Shown in pieces: positions 51,101-64,000 of a DNA stretch of 64,000 nucleotides. The notes below the pieces were generated by a model. It worked only from the letters and a program-made list of their open reading frames with translations. It did not search any database and had not been told where the DNA came from. Positions within the stretch are counted from its first letter, which is position 1. Each line of letters opens with the position of its first letter. Origin of the DNA: Antedon mediterranea (taxonomy: Eukaryota > Animalia > Echinodermata). Location of the stretch: positions 11,492,101 through 11,556,100 of the forward strand of contig NC_092677.1 of assembly GCF_964355755.1 (NCBI RefSeq), read 5' to 3'. A program made the position numbers and the translations under genes.

Positions 51101-54100
51101 CCATTTGATTGGGTAATTTTGTGTCATGTGACATCAAATGCTAATTAGGACATGTAATACGGTTCATTGCAACCTAAAACATTTCTTTTTTAAATGCGTC
51201 TGAAACAAAATGGTTAAAATTATGATTAGAACCATGCGGAAAGTGACATTATTTAACAGGAATTAAATTTGTATAAAAAGACATGGACGGCAATTATACG
51301 GTACCTGGAGTCGCTCAACAGGCACCCATTGAGGGAGCCTGCACAAGAAAGCGACACAAAAACAGGTACTATCCACAGCATTACCCCATACAGATCTGAT
51401 GCAAATGACTGGGGAGAAAAAAGAACGAAACGACTTTGAAATATATTTAGTTTGTAAAAGCTTACCTTGAGTCACTCAACAAAGATCCGTTCAAAGAGCC
51501 TGCACAAGAGAGAGAAACGAACACTGGTACGATCCAAAGCATCTTGCCATACAAGTCTTGACCAAATGACTGTGAAATTGCATCAACAACAAACTAAATT
51601 TGAGACATTCATCCTCAAATTTACTTTTGGTGAACTACATTCCTTACCAATGACTGAATTTTTGTAAATAATAGTGTATATTTTTAAAATGATAATGATT
51701 GCCAGAAGTTAGTATAAGTTGAATTTGTTAGTAAAATCAATTTGTATTATAAGATAAATAATAATAGATCTATATTTTTGTATTTTCATTGTATCAATGT
51801 GTTTTGTTGGGGACCCCTTTGAAAACAAGCCTTTGTGCTAAAAGGGTTTCCCCTCCTTCCATGTTTAATTTCTCAAGTTTAATGTTTCTTTTATTCTATG
51901 TATTTATTTTCATTCATATTTTATGCTGTTTTATAAATTGTACTGTATATTTATATAAATATTACTTACTGTATTTGTTTATTTTTGTAATCATTCTTAA
52001 CAATAATAAGTGAATATGTCAAGTGGTTTTATCATTTTGCCTATGTCTCAAGTAGTAAATGGGCAGCGAGTTATTATAACAAGGCCTTCAAGCTAAGGCA
52101 GTGCAAAAGCAATAATTATTGTGAACATTTTTACCAAAACAATTACTAAAACAATGGCCAATAACAAATGTGGGTAGCCCACCGACAATAACCACTATTT
52201 TGGAGGGATTTTCAAAGTTTAGTCGGGTATGGCATACTCAAAATAGACAACACGTGTACAGGATATATAGCCTGTTTAGTATGTAAATAGGTCAGTTTTA
52301 TTACTCTGCTAACATTATTACCATACACCTGATTGTAGGTCACAAGAGTACCCACTGCATTCTATTTATGTCATAACATTTTGCATTATATCTACTTACA
52401 GTCATGAAATCAATCCATTCTCCTCATAGGCCAGTAGACTAAAAAAAATCTCAGTCTGGCACTCTCTAAAAGCTCTGTCTACACTATCAAACTAGATCAT
52501 ATCAACATTTGATTTTGCCATGCAAACCTTCAAACAATATACTAGTTTGACAAAAAAGTGTGATTGCCCAAATATGGTACTCATATGCCCAAATATGTAG
52601 TGATATGACATCATGTCCATATATGGGCACATTTTTTTTGTCACATAAAGATGTAGTGTAGACAGAGCTTTGGAAATTTAAAAGTATTTAATTTGCATAA
52701 ACAACACTACAGAACACTACGGTATTTCAACAAATTTATTTGAAAAAACTTTTTCTCCTTTCACTTACAACAGCTACTGCATTGGAGTTAAGAAGTTCTT
52801 GTGGAGACAATTGAGCAAAATATGCCACATTAGTTGCCAGGTAAATCACAGTTACCAAGCCCATTGAAATCATGATACCCAGAGGAAGATTTCTATTGAA
52901 AATGAAAAGAATAATAATCATTATTTGTGAGGAAAAAAATAAAATAATGATTATGCAGAGAATTATAAGGGTGGTCACTAATTTATACTTTGCATCGACA
53001 AATGTCCGGAATGTATGGCTCAAACAAATTGGCCGGGCTAGTCTTGCATTTTAGTCTAGAAAAAATACCAACCATGCCCAAATATCAATTGCTAGTATGT
53101 AACCAGTTGTAACTAGTTGTATGAAACCAGTTGTAACTAGTTGTATGTAACCAGTTGTAACTAGTTGTGTGTAACCAGTTGTAACTAGTTGTGTGTAACC
53201 AGTTGTAACTAGTTGTGTGTAACCAGTTGTAACTAGTTGTGTGTAACCAGTTGTAACTAGTTGTGTGTAACCAGTTGTAACTATGTGTGTAACCAGTTGT
53301 AACTATGTGTGTAACCAGTTGTATGTAACTAGTTGTATGTAACCAGTTGTAACTAGTTGTATGTAACTAGTTGTATGTAACCAGTTGTAACTAGTTGTAA
53401 CTAGTTGTATGTAACCAGTTGTAACTAGTTGTATGTAACCAGTTGTAACTAGTTGTATGTAACCAGTTGTGTGTAACCAGTTGTAACTATGTGTGTAACC
53501 AGTTGTAACTAGTTGTATGTAACCAGTTGTAACTAGTTGTATGTATAAACCAGTTGTAACTAGTTGTGTGTAACCAGTTGTAACTAGTTGTGTGTAACCA
53601 GTTTTAACTAGTTGTATGTAACCAGTTGTAACTAGTTGTATGTAACCAGTTGTAACTAGTTGTATGTAACCAGTTGTTTGTAACCAGTTGTAACTATGTG
53701 TGTAACCAGTTGTAACTAGTTGTATGTAACCAGTTTTAACTAGTTGTATATAACCAGTTTTAACTAGTCGTATGCAACCAGTTGTAACTAGTTGTATGTA
53801 ACCAGTTGTGTGTAACCAGTTGTATGTAACCAGTTGTGTGTAACCAGTTGTAACTATGTGTGTAACCAGTTGTAACTAGTTGTATGTAACCAGTTGTAAC
53901 TAGTTGTGTAACCAGTTATAACTTGTTGTAAAACCTTACCTTGAAGGGTTAACAATTTCTTCTGTGATTTGTGAAACATACTGCCTGTGAAGATTCATAC
54001 ATTTTATTAATCGAAAAATAATACACACAATAATAAAAGGTTATACATTAATTTAATATGTTAAAGCTCATTGTCTGGCAGACTATTAAAGCATACGGAT

Positions 54101-55792
54101 ATACTATAGTTATTTAACATCATAACAAATAATTTACATACCATCCTGAATATGCAAATAAGCCTGCATAAAAAGCCAGTGGAATTTTTGTGACATCTGT
54201 ATTTTCAGCTCCAGTAAAGGCATCTTTTAAATGAGTGGTTTTGCCTAAAATTAAAAACAGAACATCATGAATATACAATAGGTTTTTCAAGACATTATTT
54301 CAAATTTTTCAATAAAGATGTTGTTCATATAGAGTTTTGCGGCTTACATGGCAGTTCACCAGGTACATTTCATACTACCTTTCTGTAGCAACATATAATG
54401 TATTTAATCTACCACAAAATGTTCTTCTTTAAGTTCTTTCATGAATTTGTCACATAAAATTTGGCATCACAATGTATTTATCCTCTCGTAATTGAAAAAT
54501 ATCAATATAGCAATAAATTAGAACGCAATGCTAAAAGGTGTGTGTACAAATCAATATAATATGCCTTAAAGAGTAATTTGCACGATTGTTGTCGTCTTCA
54601 ATATCATTATGACGTCATATAGATATCTAGTAGACGTCTGTCCGGTATATCTGTGATTGAATCAACTGAAAAAACACTTAACTTTGACACATGTAAACTG
54701 TTAAGGTGTATATCCTATCCCAAGGGCTGTATGTATCATAACTACTTTACACTTGGTGATATCAGTTTCTTTCTATCATATCATGGATTGCATTACCCTG
54801 TATAGGCTAGTAGAATGGCGTCCTTTGCTCCCGATTATCTAGTTTAAAATAAGTTGACCATTCAACGGATGAGGCTATCAGCATGGTCAATCGGGCACAT
54901 AAGTTTTCTATAAGGTGGTCGACCATAGCAGAAATTACTATTTCCTATAGGCACAGTTGACTGTGCATCAATTTCATTTCCTATGGGTACAGCGGTCAAA
55001 AAGTTGATCAGGTGCCTTCATTTTTTATGTCTCCTTAATATGGGTGTCCTCTAAATAGGGTGCTAAAAACAGTGTTAAAACAGATATTGCCCTTCAATTG
55101 TTTTACAGGAAGTGTATCAATCGGTATGTGCTCTGAATAGGGTTGAGTGTCTTAGTATTAAAACATACAAATATTGCCCCGTTTTATGTGAAATAAAGTG
55201 TCTCTCTTTAATCGGTATGTGCTCTGAATAGGGTTGGGTGTTAGTGCTGAAACATACAGATAATGCCCATAATTTGTTTTATGTGATGTGTCTCTCTTCA
55301 ATCGGTATGTGCTCTGAATAGGGGGTTGGTCTTAGTACAAAAACATACAGATATTTCTCAGAATAGCAATGTCCTAAAGAAGGTATTCTATTATTTATTG
55401 AAGAATTTATAAGAAAATTATATCTAAAAGATATTTTATGACCTGCACAGTTTATTAAACAATTTTAATTGAAAATATGTGAAGCACATCACTCTAGAAT
55501 AATGACAATCTACGTGAAGGATTTATTCTTGTATTCATTTGATAATCGGAACAAGACGTAACAACAATAACGTGAAGATTCATTAAAACTAAGACTTTGT
55601 AATTAAAAGCAGGTGTAGAATTAATCAACTGAAAATGTAATCAAAATAAATATGTAAATATGTTAAATGTGACAAATTGTTCTCTTCAAAGGAAATATTG
55701 ATTTTTATATAATACATTCAGGTTTCTTGTAAAAGAATGTGCAAAATTAAAAATAAAATCAGGCAATAAAATTAATTTATACATCTTGTATT

Positions 55793-55828
<36 letters not shown>

Positions 55829-56286
55829 CTGTTTCTACTAAATTCAAAACTGTATTGGTAGTGTGATCATACCAAAAGTTCACTTTTACTCAAAATGCTG
55901 AAAATTATTTTAAAAGTAGGTTATTGGAAAAGATATTCCTCTAGGAATTTATTTATTAGCCAGAGTCAAAATAATGATCAAGTCCACAGAGAGCCAGCAA
56001 TTGGAATAAGTAATTGAGAGACGATGACTACTTCATTAATTGTTTAATGATATAGTATAATATATTAGACTTTTTTTCTAAGTATTTCTTTACGAGTACA
56101 TAAGGTCTGTTTTGAGAATTGTACAAAGTTCTTTAATAAATTAATGTACAATAAAATTACCTTGAAAAAGTAGTACGAATCCAGTAATGATGATAATGAT
56201 GAGACCAATTGTCTTAACAAATGTTAACACAGTCTGAACGCGAGTTGTCCATGTTACACTTACACAATTCAAGTAGAAGACGCCAC
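45153..56286 (-). CDS. SLC7 L-type amino acid transporter light chain (LAT/y+LAT/xCT family), 3' part; 5' exons not found in window
   Basis: Exons 56286-56161, 54244-54142, 53984-53940, 52892-52769, (51569-51466 or 51408-51305), 49181-49085, 47959-47810, 46047-45870, 45217-45153. Motifs: [86 protein letters not shown]. Confidence 0.92.
45450..45840 (+). mobile_element. Possible highly decayed non-LTR RT fragment
   Basis: Higher-GC island in an SLC7 intron with broken RT-like peptides (LDWTLL..RHSGI, GIRSG). Confidence 0.25.
51305..51408 (-). CDS. SLC7 alternative exon B (TM8): [35 protein letters not shown]
   Basis: 104 nt, acceptor ttctccccag, donor CAG|gtaccg, open frame. Confidence 0.85.
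51466..51569 (-). CDS. SLC7 alternative exon A (TM8): [35 protein letters not shown]
   Basis: 104 nt, acceptor tttcacag, donor AAG|gtaagc, open frame. Confidence 0.88.
52471..52670. mobile_element. MITE with agctctgtctacacta TIR
   Basis: aaagctctgtctacacta ... tagtgtagacagagcttt; relatives at ~58294-58405 and ~63400-63535 share tgcccaaatatgg repeats. Confidence 0.7.
53095..53930. repeat. Compound 10/14/24-bp minisatellite (gtaaccagttgtaactagttgtRt)n
   Basis: About 830 bp, ending about 10 nt from the donor of the 45-nt SLC7 exon. Confidence 0.95.
55075..55355. repeat. ~90-bp diverged tandem repeat, 3 copies
   Basis: aatcggtatgtgctctgaataggg recurs at ~55119, ~55210 and ~55300. Confidence 0.75.
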
Positions 56287-56810
56287 CTAAAAAAAGATGA
56301 AATTATAAATCATAGCATTATATATTACAGGACTAAAATGTTGTTAATTACTTACTTACTTACTTGTTTGCATAGCTATCCCCATTATTGGGGTCATTTC
56401 GCCGTCATTGACATTATGTTGACATAGCACAACAATGAGAGACATTCATTTTGATTAAAAAACTAAAAACCTGAGACCTGTAACCCTAGGGTAGGGACCC
56501 TGACGGGTACTCTCCCTCCGGGTCAAAGGGATCCCGAAACTCATCGGTAAGAGTATCTTTTTAATTATTGTATATTTTCTCTACATAGTATTAGTTTTAT
56601 TATCTAAAAAATACAAAAGTTTCACAAAGAATTGTCATCTTGTGATGTACTACTTTAACAAGCCCCTGTCAAAAAAAAAAACAGTTCCAAAAATGCAACA
56701 AATTATATAGAAAAATACATTGTAGGAAATTGTTAGTGTAAAAAAATGTGTTGACGATGGTGTGACTGTATAAACAGAGGGACTATAATAATTATTGTAT
56801 ACAGAATAAA

Positions 56811-57442
56811 ACGTGGTACAGACAGTATTACATTGGGTAGCTATAAATGATATAGCGACTATCTACAGTATCACAGTATGCACACACTTGTGACTGGCTA
56901 CCTAATACGTGGTACAGACAGTATTACATTGGGTAGCTATAAATGATATAGCGTCCATCTATTATGCACACACTTGTGACTGGCTACCTAATACGTGGTA
57001 CAGACAGTATTACATTGGGTAGCTATAAATGATATAGCGTCCATCTATTATGCACACACTTGTGACTGGCTACCTAACGTGGTACAGACAGTATTACATT
57101 GGGTAGCTATAAATGATATAGCGACTATCTACAGTATTACAGTATGCACACACTTGTGACTGGCTACCTAATACGTGGTACAGACAGTATTACATTGGGT
57201 AGCTATAAATGATATAGCGACTATCTACAGTATTACAGTATGCACACACTTGTGACTGGCTACCTAATACGTGGTACAGACAGTATTACATTGTTTTTGG
57301 GTAGCTATAAATGGTATAGCGTCCATCTATTATGCACACACTTGTGACTGGCTACCTAATACGTGGTACAGACAGTATTACATTAGGTACAGTAGCTATA
57401 AATGATATAGCGACTATCTACAGTATTACAGTATGCACACAC
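56811..57442. repeat. ~85-96-bp tandem repeat, 7 copies
   Basis: acgtggtacagacagtattacattgggtagctataaatgatatagcg...cacacacttgtgactggctacctaat, with two length variants. Confidence 0.93.
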
Positions 57443-58740
57443 TAATAATAGTAATAGTAATTTGTTCTATTTGTGCTCTCGATTGTAAGAATCTTATCTT
57501 TATTTGAATAAGAGCTGCAGCAATGCAATTAAGTGTGTCAACAAATGAAATGGTATATTCTGTATAAAATCTGTCGTTTTTCTTTTTGAGTTTGAGTGAG
57601 TGATTATAATTTTAATAAATAAATCTTTGTACTCCAATCAAGACAGTTAAAATATTATTTTTCAAATTATAATTTCTAATTTTTTTAATTACATTATAAA
57701 ATTTGAAAAAAAAAATAATAATAATTATATAAAAAATATTTAAAAAATGCTTTACTATAATATATATAATATGCTTTATGTAAACATGAAAACTTGGCTC
57801 AACTAGAAGTTGTTTTTCTGCAAGGCCGTGTATAAAAACAAAAAGTTCACAAACAATCTTTAAAACTACAATACATTATACTAAATATAAATACCAATAA
57901 ACAATACTGACTGTGGTTGAAAAAAAAAAGTCTCAGAATGAAATTGAAAACTTAATAAAATGTTGCACGTATACATTTTAACACAGAATCTCCATATCAC
58001 TATACTGTAATAATACAATCTTTCTGTAATAATATTTGCAGGTGCGACAAGAACCATGGATCCATGAAATGAAATAGACTGAGTAAATATAGAATATAGA
58101 AGGTGATATAAAATCACTCATGCAATAGTGTTTAATTAAACTGATATAACAAGAAATAAGATCATTTGGACGAAGCAGAGAAAATTAGAGCTTAAAGAAA
58201 TCTATAATATGCAATCAGGTGGTCAATACAATAATGGTTCGTGCACCAAGTGCTCCTTGGGAGCTCCTAATTTAAGGGACATGCCACACACCTAAAGCCC
58301 TGTCTACACTATCCATATATAGACAGGATGATGTCATATCACTACCATATTTGGGCATATGACTGCCATATTTAGGCACATCACATTTGTTTTTGTCAAA
58401 CTAGCATAATAGTAGATCAACTTGTTGATAATCAACCAGAACCTCTCCTGTATGAAAAAAACATTAAAAAGTGTCTTACCATTAATGAATCAATTTTAAT
58501 TTTTAATAATTTCCAAATACTACAAAATCATGACATGCACATTTTAATTAAATAAATAAAAGTGACTAAACATAATTTTTAGAAATCTTACAACAGTACT
58601 GACTCTAATTGCAATAAGTAAACATAAATACACATACTACAATCATTTCAAATTTATTACAACTACATATTTGTATGGCTGGTCCTGTTTTAGAGGTTTA
58701 AACTTAAGACCATAGTACTAGTAGCCTACAGTACAGATAA

Positions 58741-58924
58741 AGGCCAATTTACACAGACAGCACAACAGTAATGGTAATAACAATATAGAATACAGTTATT
58801 CCTTATCACCATTTACACAAAACCCGGTGCGGACAGATGGTTTCCGCTCACGTAGATACAGATTCATATGTTGAACAAGCTACACGGTTTTCTGCTTACT
58901 GCGCTCTTCTGTGTAAATTGGGCT
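58741..58924. mobile_element. Harbinger-type MITE
   Basis: aggccaatttacacag / ctgtgtaaattgggct with TAA on both sides. Confidence 0.65.
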
Positions 58925-61049
58925 TAACCAATCCATTTCATTTTTAACTTTTATCCCCTATTATCCTTATTACATTACAGTCAATGGCTACCAGCAAACA
59001 TGGTACTTGTGGAGGAGTACAATCATGTTTGAATACACTTAACCCTTCGTGACTTGACCAACCCAGTCACTCGTGTTTACTGCACTTTTCTATACACATT
59101 ACAAACCCCTGAAAGTCTATGGTAGGTAAAAGTTTACATACAGTACTCAGTCAATAATTATATTAACTTTAATTTAAGAACGGATTTGAAAACACATGGA
59201 AATGATTGCCTACACAAGCTCTTTTATTAACATAAGAAAGATTCACAATCTGATAAACAGTTGGTTATGGATCTTTTTAATCAATCCTGACTGAAAAGAA
59301 TAAAAACACTATTGTTTATGAAAATTCAATTATGGTACTTTAAAAATAAGGAAATTACAGTATATTAAATTCATTAACGCTATTCAATCAATTCAAAGAC
59401 ATACTAAAAACTAAACGTTGCCTAGAGCATGGGAAACATCTTTATTGCCACTTATTACTGCTACTAGTACACTCAACTTTATTAAAAATGTATCTTATTG
59501 TGTCAAACATCAATCTATTAGTATTACAGTAGATATGCATGATTTGTTTGACAAACTGAGACAAGTTTATTTCTAGGTTTATCCTCATTTTATGCTTTGT
59601 ATTATTTGTGTGGCATTTTATGAAATAAATGTCTTGTTGAATTGTTGAATTTACTAAATTAAAAAGTAATTCTAAATGCCATTTTAATGTCATAACAATT
59701 AACGAAACTGTAGTTTAAAGCAAAAAAAAGTCAAATGTTTTATTCTATGGAATTATAAAAATAACTTATTCAAATTGATTTAAAATTAATCTTCATTTTC
59801 CATGTTTTTGAGGAGACAATACATCCATAATTAAACACCTGTGCATCTCAAATGATGACTAAAGATGACCAGACACTGTACAGATAGACTGCACTTGCTG
59901 CCTACATTTTAGTTCATATTTGGACATAACATAATGGCGTACAACACAAAATTTTAACTTGTGTTTTGTGCAGCCTAAAGGAGCGACGGAAAAACCTGTA
60001 CTGTATACATACATAAGGTAGGCAGTACACTATTAAAAAGAGCATTGAACTCTGTTTAACCTTTCAATGCATATCTCATAGCAAATACTATCATTTTTTA
60101 CAAACAATACAATAACAGACATGTTTCCAGAAAATAAGATCAAATCGGATAAGTTCCTGATGACATATACAATTTTTTTAAACTAGTGTCATATTTAACA
60201 TTAAACCATTTGACTATTTAAGTATACTTCACAAACCACTCAGAGCTTTTATTAAATCAGGTATAATAATAGTAGTCAAGGATTAAGAGATGGATTAGGT
60301 TAATCCACTTGATTTATTTTAAATCCTCTATTGCAATCACATAAATCCCACTTTAAATTTGATTGACGATCTTGACCATAAAAGGTGTCAAAAGATTGAT
60401 ATGTTCTTCTTGTCAGGATAGTCAATTTAAAGGTAGCTACTACTTGCAGCATTTATACAGTAGTTGTAATGTTGAGAAAATTGAAATAATGTTATTACTA
60501 TTTTCCATTATATAATGTAGGAAATATCAAGGTGCATTCCACGGCTCCTTGCCAGGATTTTATTTATTTCCTCAAAAGAGAAGTGCCAATAAATATGTTT
60601 CAAAACAAAAAAAAAGAGTTAAAAAAACAATGTTTTCACCAAAAAGTGAAATGAATCACCAAAGTGGAAAATAAAAAAAAAGAAAATATACTTCAAAAAG
60701 AAATTTTAAAATACAAAATTCTTAATAATGAATAGTTCAAATCATAATTTGTACTTAATCAAAAGTCTCAAGTCGGACATAATGAACTCGCATAACATTT
60801 AACAAAAATTACTGTTGACCTAATTTCATTACCGAGGTTATCGGTAAATTATTCACCCAGTACAGTATGTTCTTCTTCCTATATATTAATAATGTTTTAA
60901 CCTAAAAGAAAATAAAATTTATTACAGTTCTGTAGGCATTTACTGTACATCCTTTATTATTCTCAACTCATGCAGTATAGTATTAATTAAAACCAGATTA
61001 ATGCAGTTTTAGAAACATTTTCTACTCTAACCTTTTCTTTGATTTTTAA

Positions 61050-62655
61050 AGGGGGGTTCCGGGTTTAAAATGAATAGTAAAAACTGTAAAATATATTTGT
61101 TTGTCTCTTGAACGGTAAAAGTTTCAATTTATATAAGCGCCCAGTGAAGCAGAACGAAGGCTGTGAAATGAGGCCAGATTACAAGTGCAGCTACGGCAAA
61201 ATCACTCTGTGGTTACAGAATAGGAAATTTGTGAAATGGTAAATCTTCCGACGACTCGTTATCATTAACCATATCAATTACTTTTGTAAAATTATACTTA
61301 TCTGATGTAATTTTAGTCGGTCTTCCCATTTATAAAGTCAATTTTCTATGAAAATCCATCAAAACAGTGAAAAATTAGATATGTTTGCACTTTACGTTTG
61401 CTGATTTTCGCACTGACTTAGGGAAAGACTTCAAAATCAATGAAGCGTAACGTATACATTCCTGCTGAGCGAGGAGAGCGAGACGACGATACACGTGCTC
61501 TCTCTGCCCCATGCCTGGCATCGTCACGTGATAAGCAGATACAGTATACAATACCAAACTGGTCGGGTCGAGTATACCCCGTCTATAATCACAACATGAA
61601 CGATGTACAGTATTTGATTGAAGGTCGACTCGACCTACCGGAATGGTATAGATAATATAGCTCGAATGAGAGAGTTGGAATATTTGTAAACATAAGTACA
61701 GTATTGCTAATTTTAACAAGTGTAGCCTATAGTAAAAGGCCTGGTAGTATCAATTCGCATAGGGTCTACTACACTAGCTAGCTCAATTTTTAACTGGGCC
61801 GGATCGGCTAGGTCTCCTTCCTACTACCGGTCTACTTGCTTGATGCAGTATCCGCTTTGTTGGAGAGTAAACTAGGCCTATTTTAGGCCTACTTATTAGA
61901 CGATCAGGACACCATACGTGCGGACGTCGATCGGACCTTGTTTTGCCTCAATATTTACAGCCGATTTTTGTAGAACGTTTTAGGTTTAGATTGTTTAGGA
62001 GTTTGGTTGATAGGATGGGTTTGGAATCCACTGAGTTTAGTTATTTATGGGCCAATAGTTTAGTAGTAGGCTAGCTAGGCCCATGATGGCCCCAATGTTT
62101 TAACGTTGCCATCGTGGCATGGAATCCCTAGTCAGAAATGGCTCTCACCCATGAATAAAATGATTTAGGCTAGGCCTAGCCTAGCACGTGATGCCGATAT
62201 ACGATCTGTACTATTCGAGGTATAAAAATAGTATAATTTATGACTCCGTAATCTGTACTAAATTTTGTATTTCATTAAATGTCAAATAAATATATGCTAC
62301 TACTGTTATTATTACACTTTAGGCCTAGCTTCGAAAATCTACAAAAAAATGTATTTCACAATGATCGGGTGGTCGTCGTTTGACAGGGGAGAGAGAACAC
62401 AACGTAAAAGCTTGACGTCGCGAGTTTGGAATCCACTGATGACGTGATTTTGTGAATATCTCATGAATATTAATGAGCTTCCCTAAGCTGCTGAAAAACA
62501 GACTTTCCATGAATTTACCCTAAAATGTATATGAAATTTAATTTTTTTAATTTCTCGTTATTACTTCTTCATTCTGACATGTCTATATTGTTATAATATT
62601 TTTTATTTAATAAATAAACGATATTTAAAAGCAATTTTAAACCCAGAATCCCCCT
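61050..62655. mobile_element. Kolobok-like non-autonomous DNA transposon (1.6 kb)
   Basis: TIR aggggggttccgggtttaaaat / attttaaacccagaatccccct, TTAA TSD, CpG-rich interior with no intact ORF. Confidence 0.72.
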
Positions 62656-64000
62656 TTAAATCTGTTTGTGAAAAATGTATGCGAGAAAAGCATTCTCTAC
62701 CGTGGATATTGACCCCCTGAAAATAAATAATTGTTTTTGTTGAATATGCCATTTTAATGTCACATAATAGTAAATTCACTATGACTAAAAATGGGATAAA
62801 AAAAAAGTTATTGACTTGCAAAAAACTGTAAAAACAATTTAAAGTGAAAAATTGATTTACTTAAAGGAAGTCAATGAGTTTTTGGTTGAATTGAACCGTT
62901 TAATTTCTCCTTTTATTTAATATGTGAAAACATTATTTATTTTTTTTTTTTTCTATGAAAGTGATTAACTTAATTACAACTGTGAAATGGCCTATATTCT
63001 TTTTTTTTAAATTAATAGATCTTCATTTTTCATATTTTTAAAGCTGGACGGCTGGGGTTGGTGCTCTATGTTGAGTCAACTGAGTTTTACAACAGAATGA
63101 TAACAGATGAAAGTTGACAATTATTTAGCTTTAGGTTTATTTTGGCCATATGGCTGTAGGTTAAGTTGGGTTAATTGTCAACCAAGCAAAGGCCTGGATA
63201 TACTGTATGGAAGTATTTAATATTGAAATAATTTAAATGCATTGTTGCAATCACAATAAGCCAAGTTTTTATCTATTGACAACGTGAAATAACTGATTAA
63301 CATTAATCAATCTAATTAGCTATTTTGGGCAACAGAAACTCAATTCAGGATATGTAAAATCTATATCAATGCTAAATACTGGCTAAGCAGTTTCAGCTGT
63401 AACAAAATGTGATGTGCCCAAATATGGACTACCATATTTGGGCACATCAGTACCTTGGCCACATCACTACCACATTTGGGCACATCACTTTTTTTTGTGT
63501 CAAACTAGTTTTAGTTTGATAGTGTACTGTAGACTATGACGCTAATTATAAATATTATGACATTGCTTGCGATCCTCCATAGATCTGAACATACCCTTAG
63601 TTTTGTTTAAAATATTTAAGAGAGTTTATATCATAATTAAATAAGCACAAACCCCCTTGACAGCTGTTTTGTTTTTGATAATTACTATTAGCATAACACT
63701 GCAGTAGAAATCAATAAAACTCTTCACATAATATGATAAAATGCGAGTAAATGTGAGCATAGTCCACATGTTGCAAGACAAATCTTTATAATTTGTAGTT
63801 TACTTTAACATTGGTTCATTAGGCCTACGACTGTCCATTGTGTGAGCTACTGTACTACAAAAAGCATGGATTGGATTAACCTTGCATCATTCACAATCAT
63901 GTGAAAATCAAAATGAAAACACCTGCTACGAGAAACAAGAATCTGATAATGTTGATATTTTTAAAGAAACAATAAGCCATTGATTTTGTTGTAGTATGCC

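Noticed and set aside
56811-57442. Repeat array with variable segments resembling repeat-spacer structure
   Set aside because: Variable parts are just two recurring indel variants; eukaryotic intronic minisatellite, no cas genes.
61375-61719. ORFs inside the Kolobok-like element
   Set aside because: No transposase motifs; chance ORFs in higher-GC sequence.

Overview
AT-rich, intron-containing animal genomic DNA. An invertebrate deuterostome such as an echinoderm is inferred from the ST8Sia-type gene and the transposon landscape, but not proven. Manual splicing supports six genes: (1) the first coding exon of PGLS (-); (2) head-to-head with it, a complete ZDHHC1/11-type palmitoyltransferase with 10 coding exons (+) and a U12-type intron; (3-4) a tightly linked divergent pair, a 3-exon PIF/Harbinger transposase-like gene with a broken DDE triad (-) and a Myb/SANT (trihelix-like) coiled-coil gene with 7 coding exons (+), a candidate co-domesticated two-component module; (5) a complete ST8Sia-type alpha-2,8-sialyltransferase with 7 coding exons (-); (6) the 3' part of an SLC7/LAT amino-acid transporter (-) with two tandem 104-nt exons that look mutually exclusive and differ at a TM8 pocket position. 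The remainder is repeats: palindromic and higher-order satellites, a HINE/DINE-like element, a decayed L2/CR1-group LINE with a 2A-like motif, an IS3EU-like element with a nested Sola3-like element, Kolobok-like and hAT-like non-autonomous elements, many Harbinger-type MITEs and minisatellites. All coordinates were counted by hand and may be off by a few bases.
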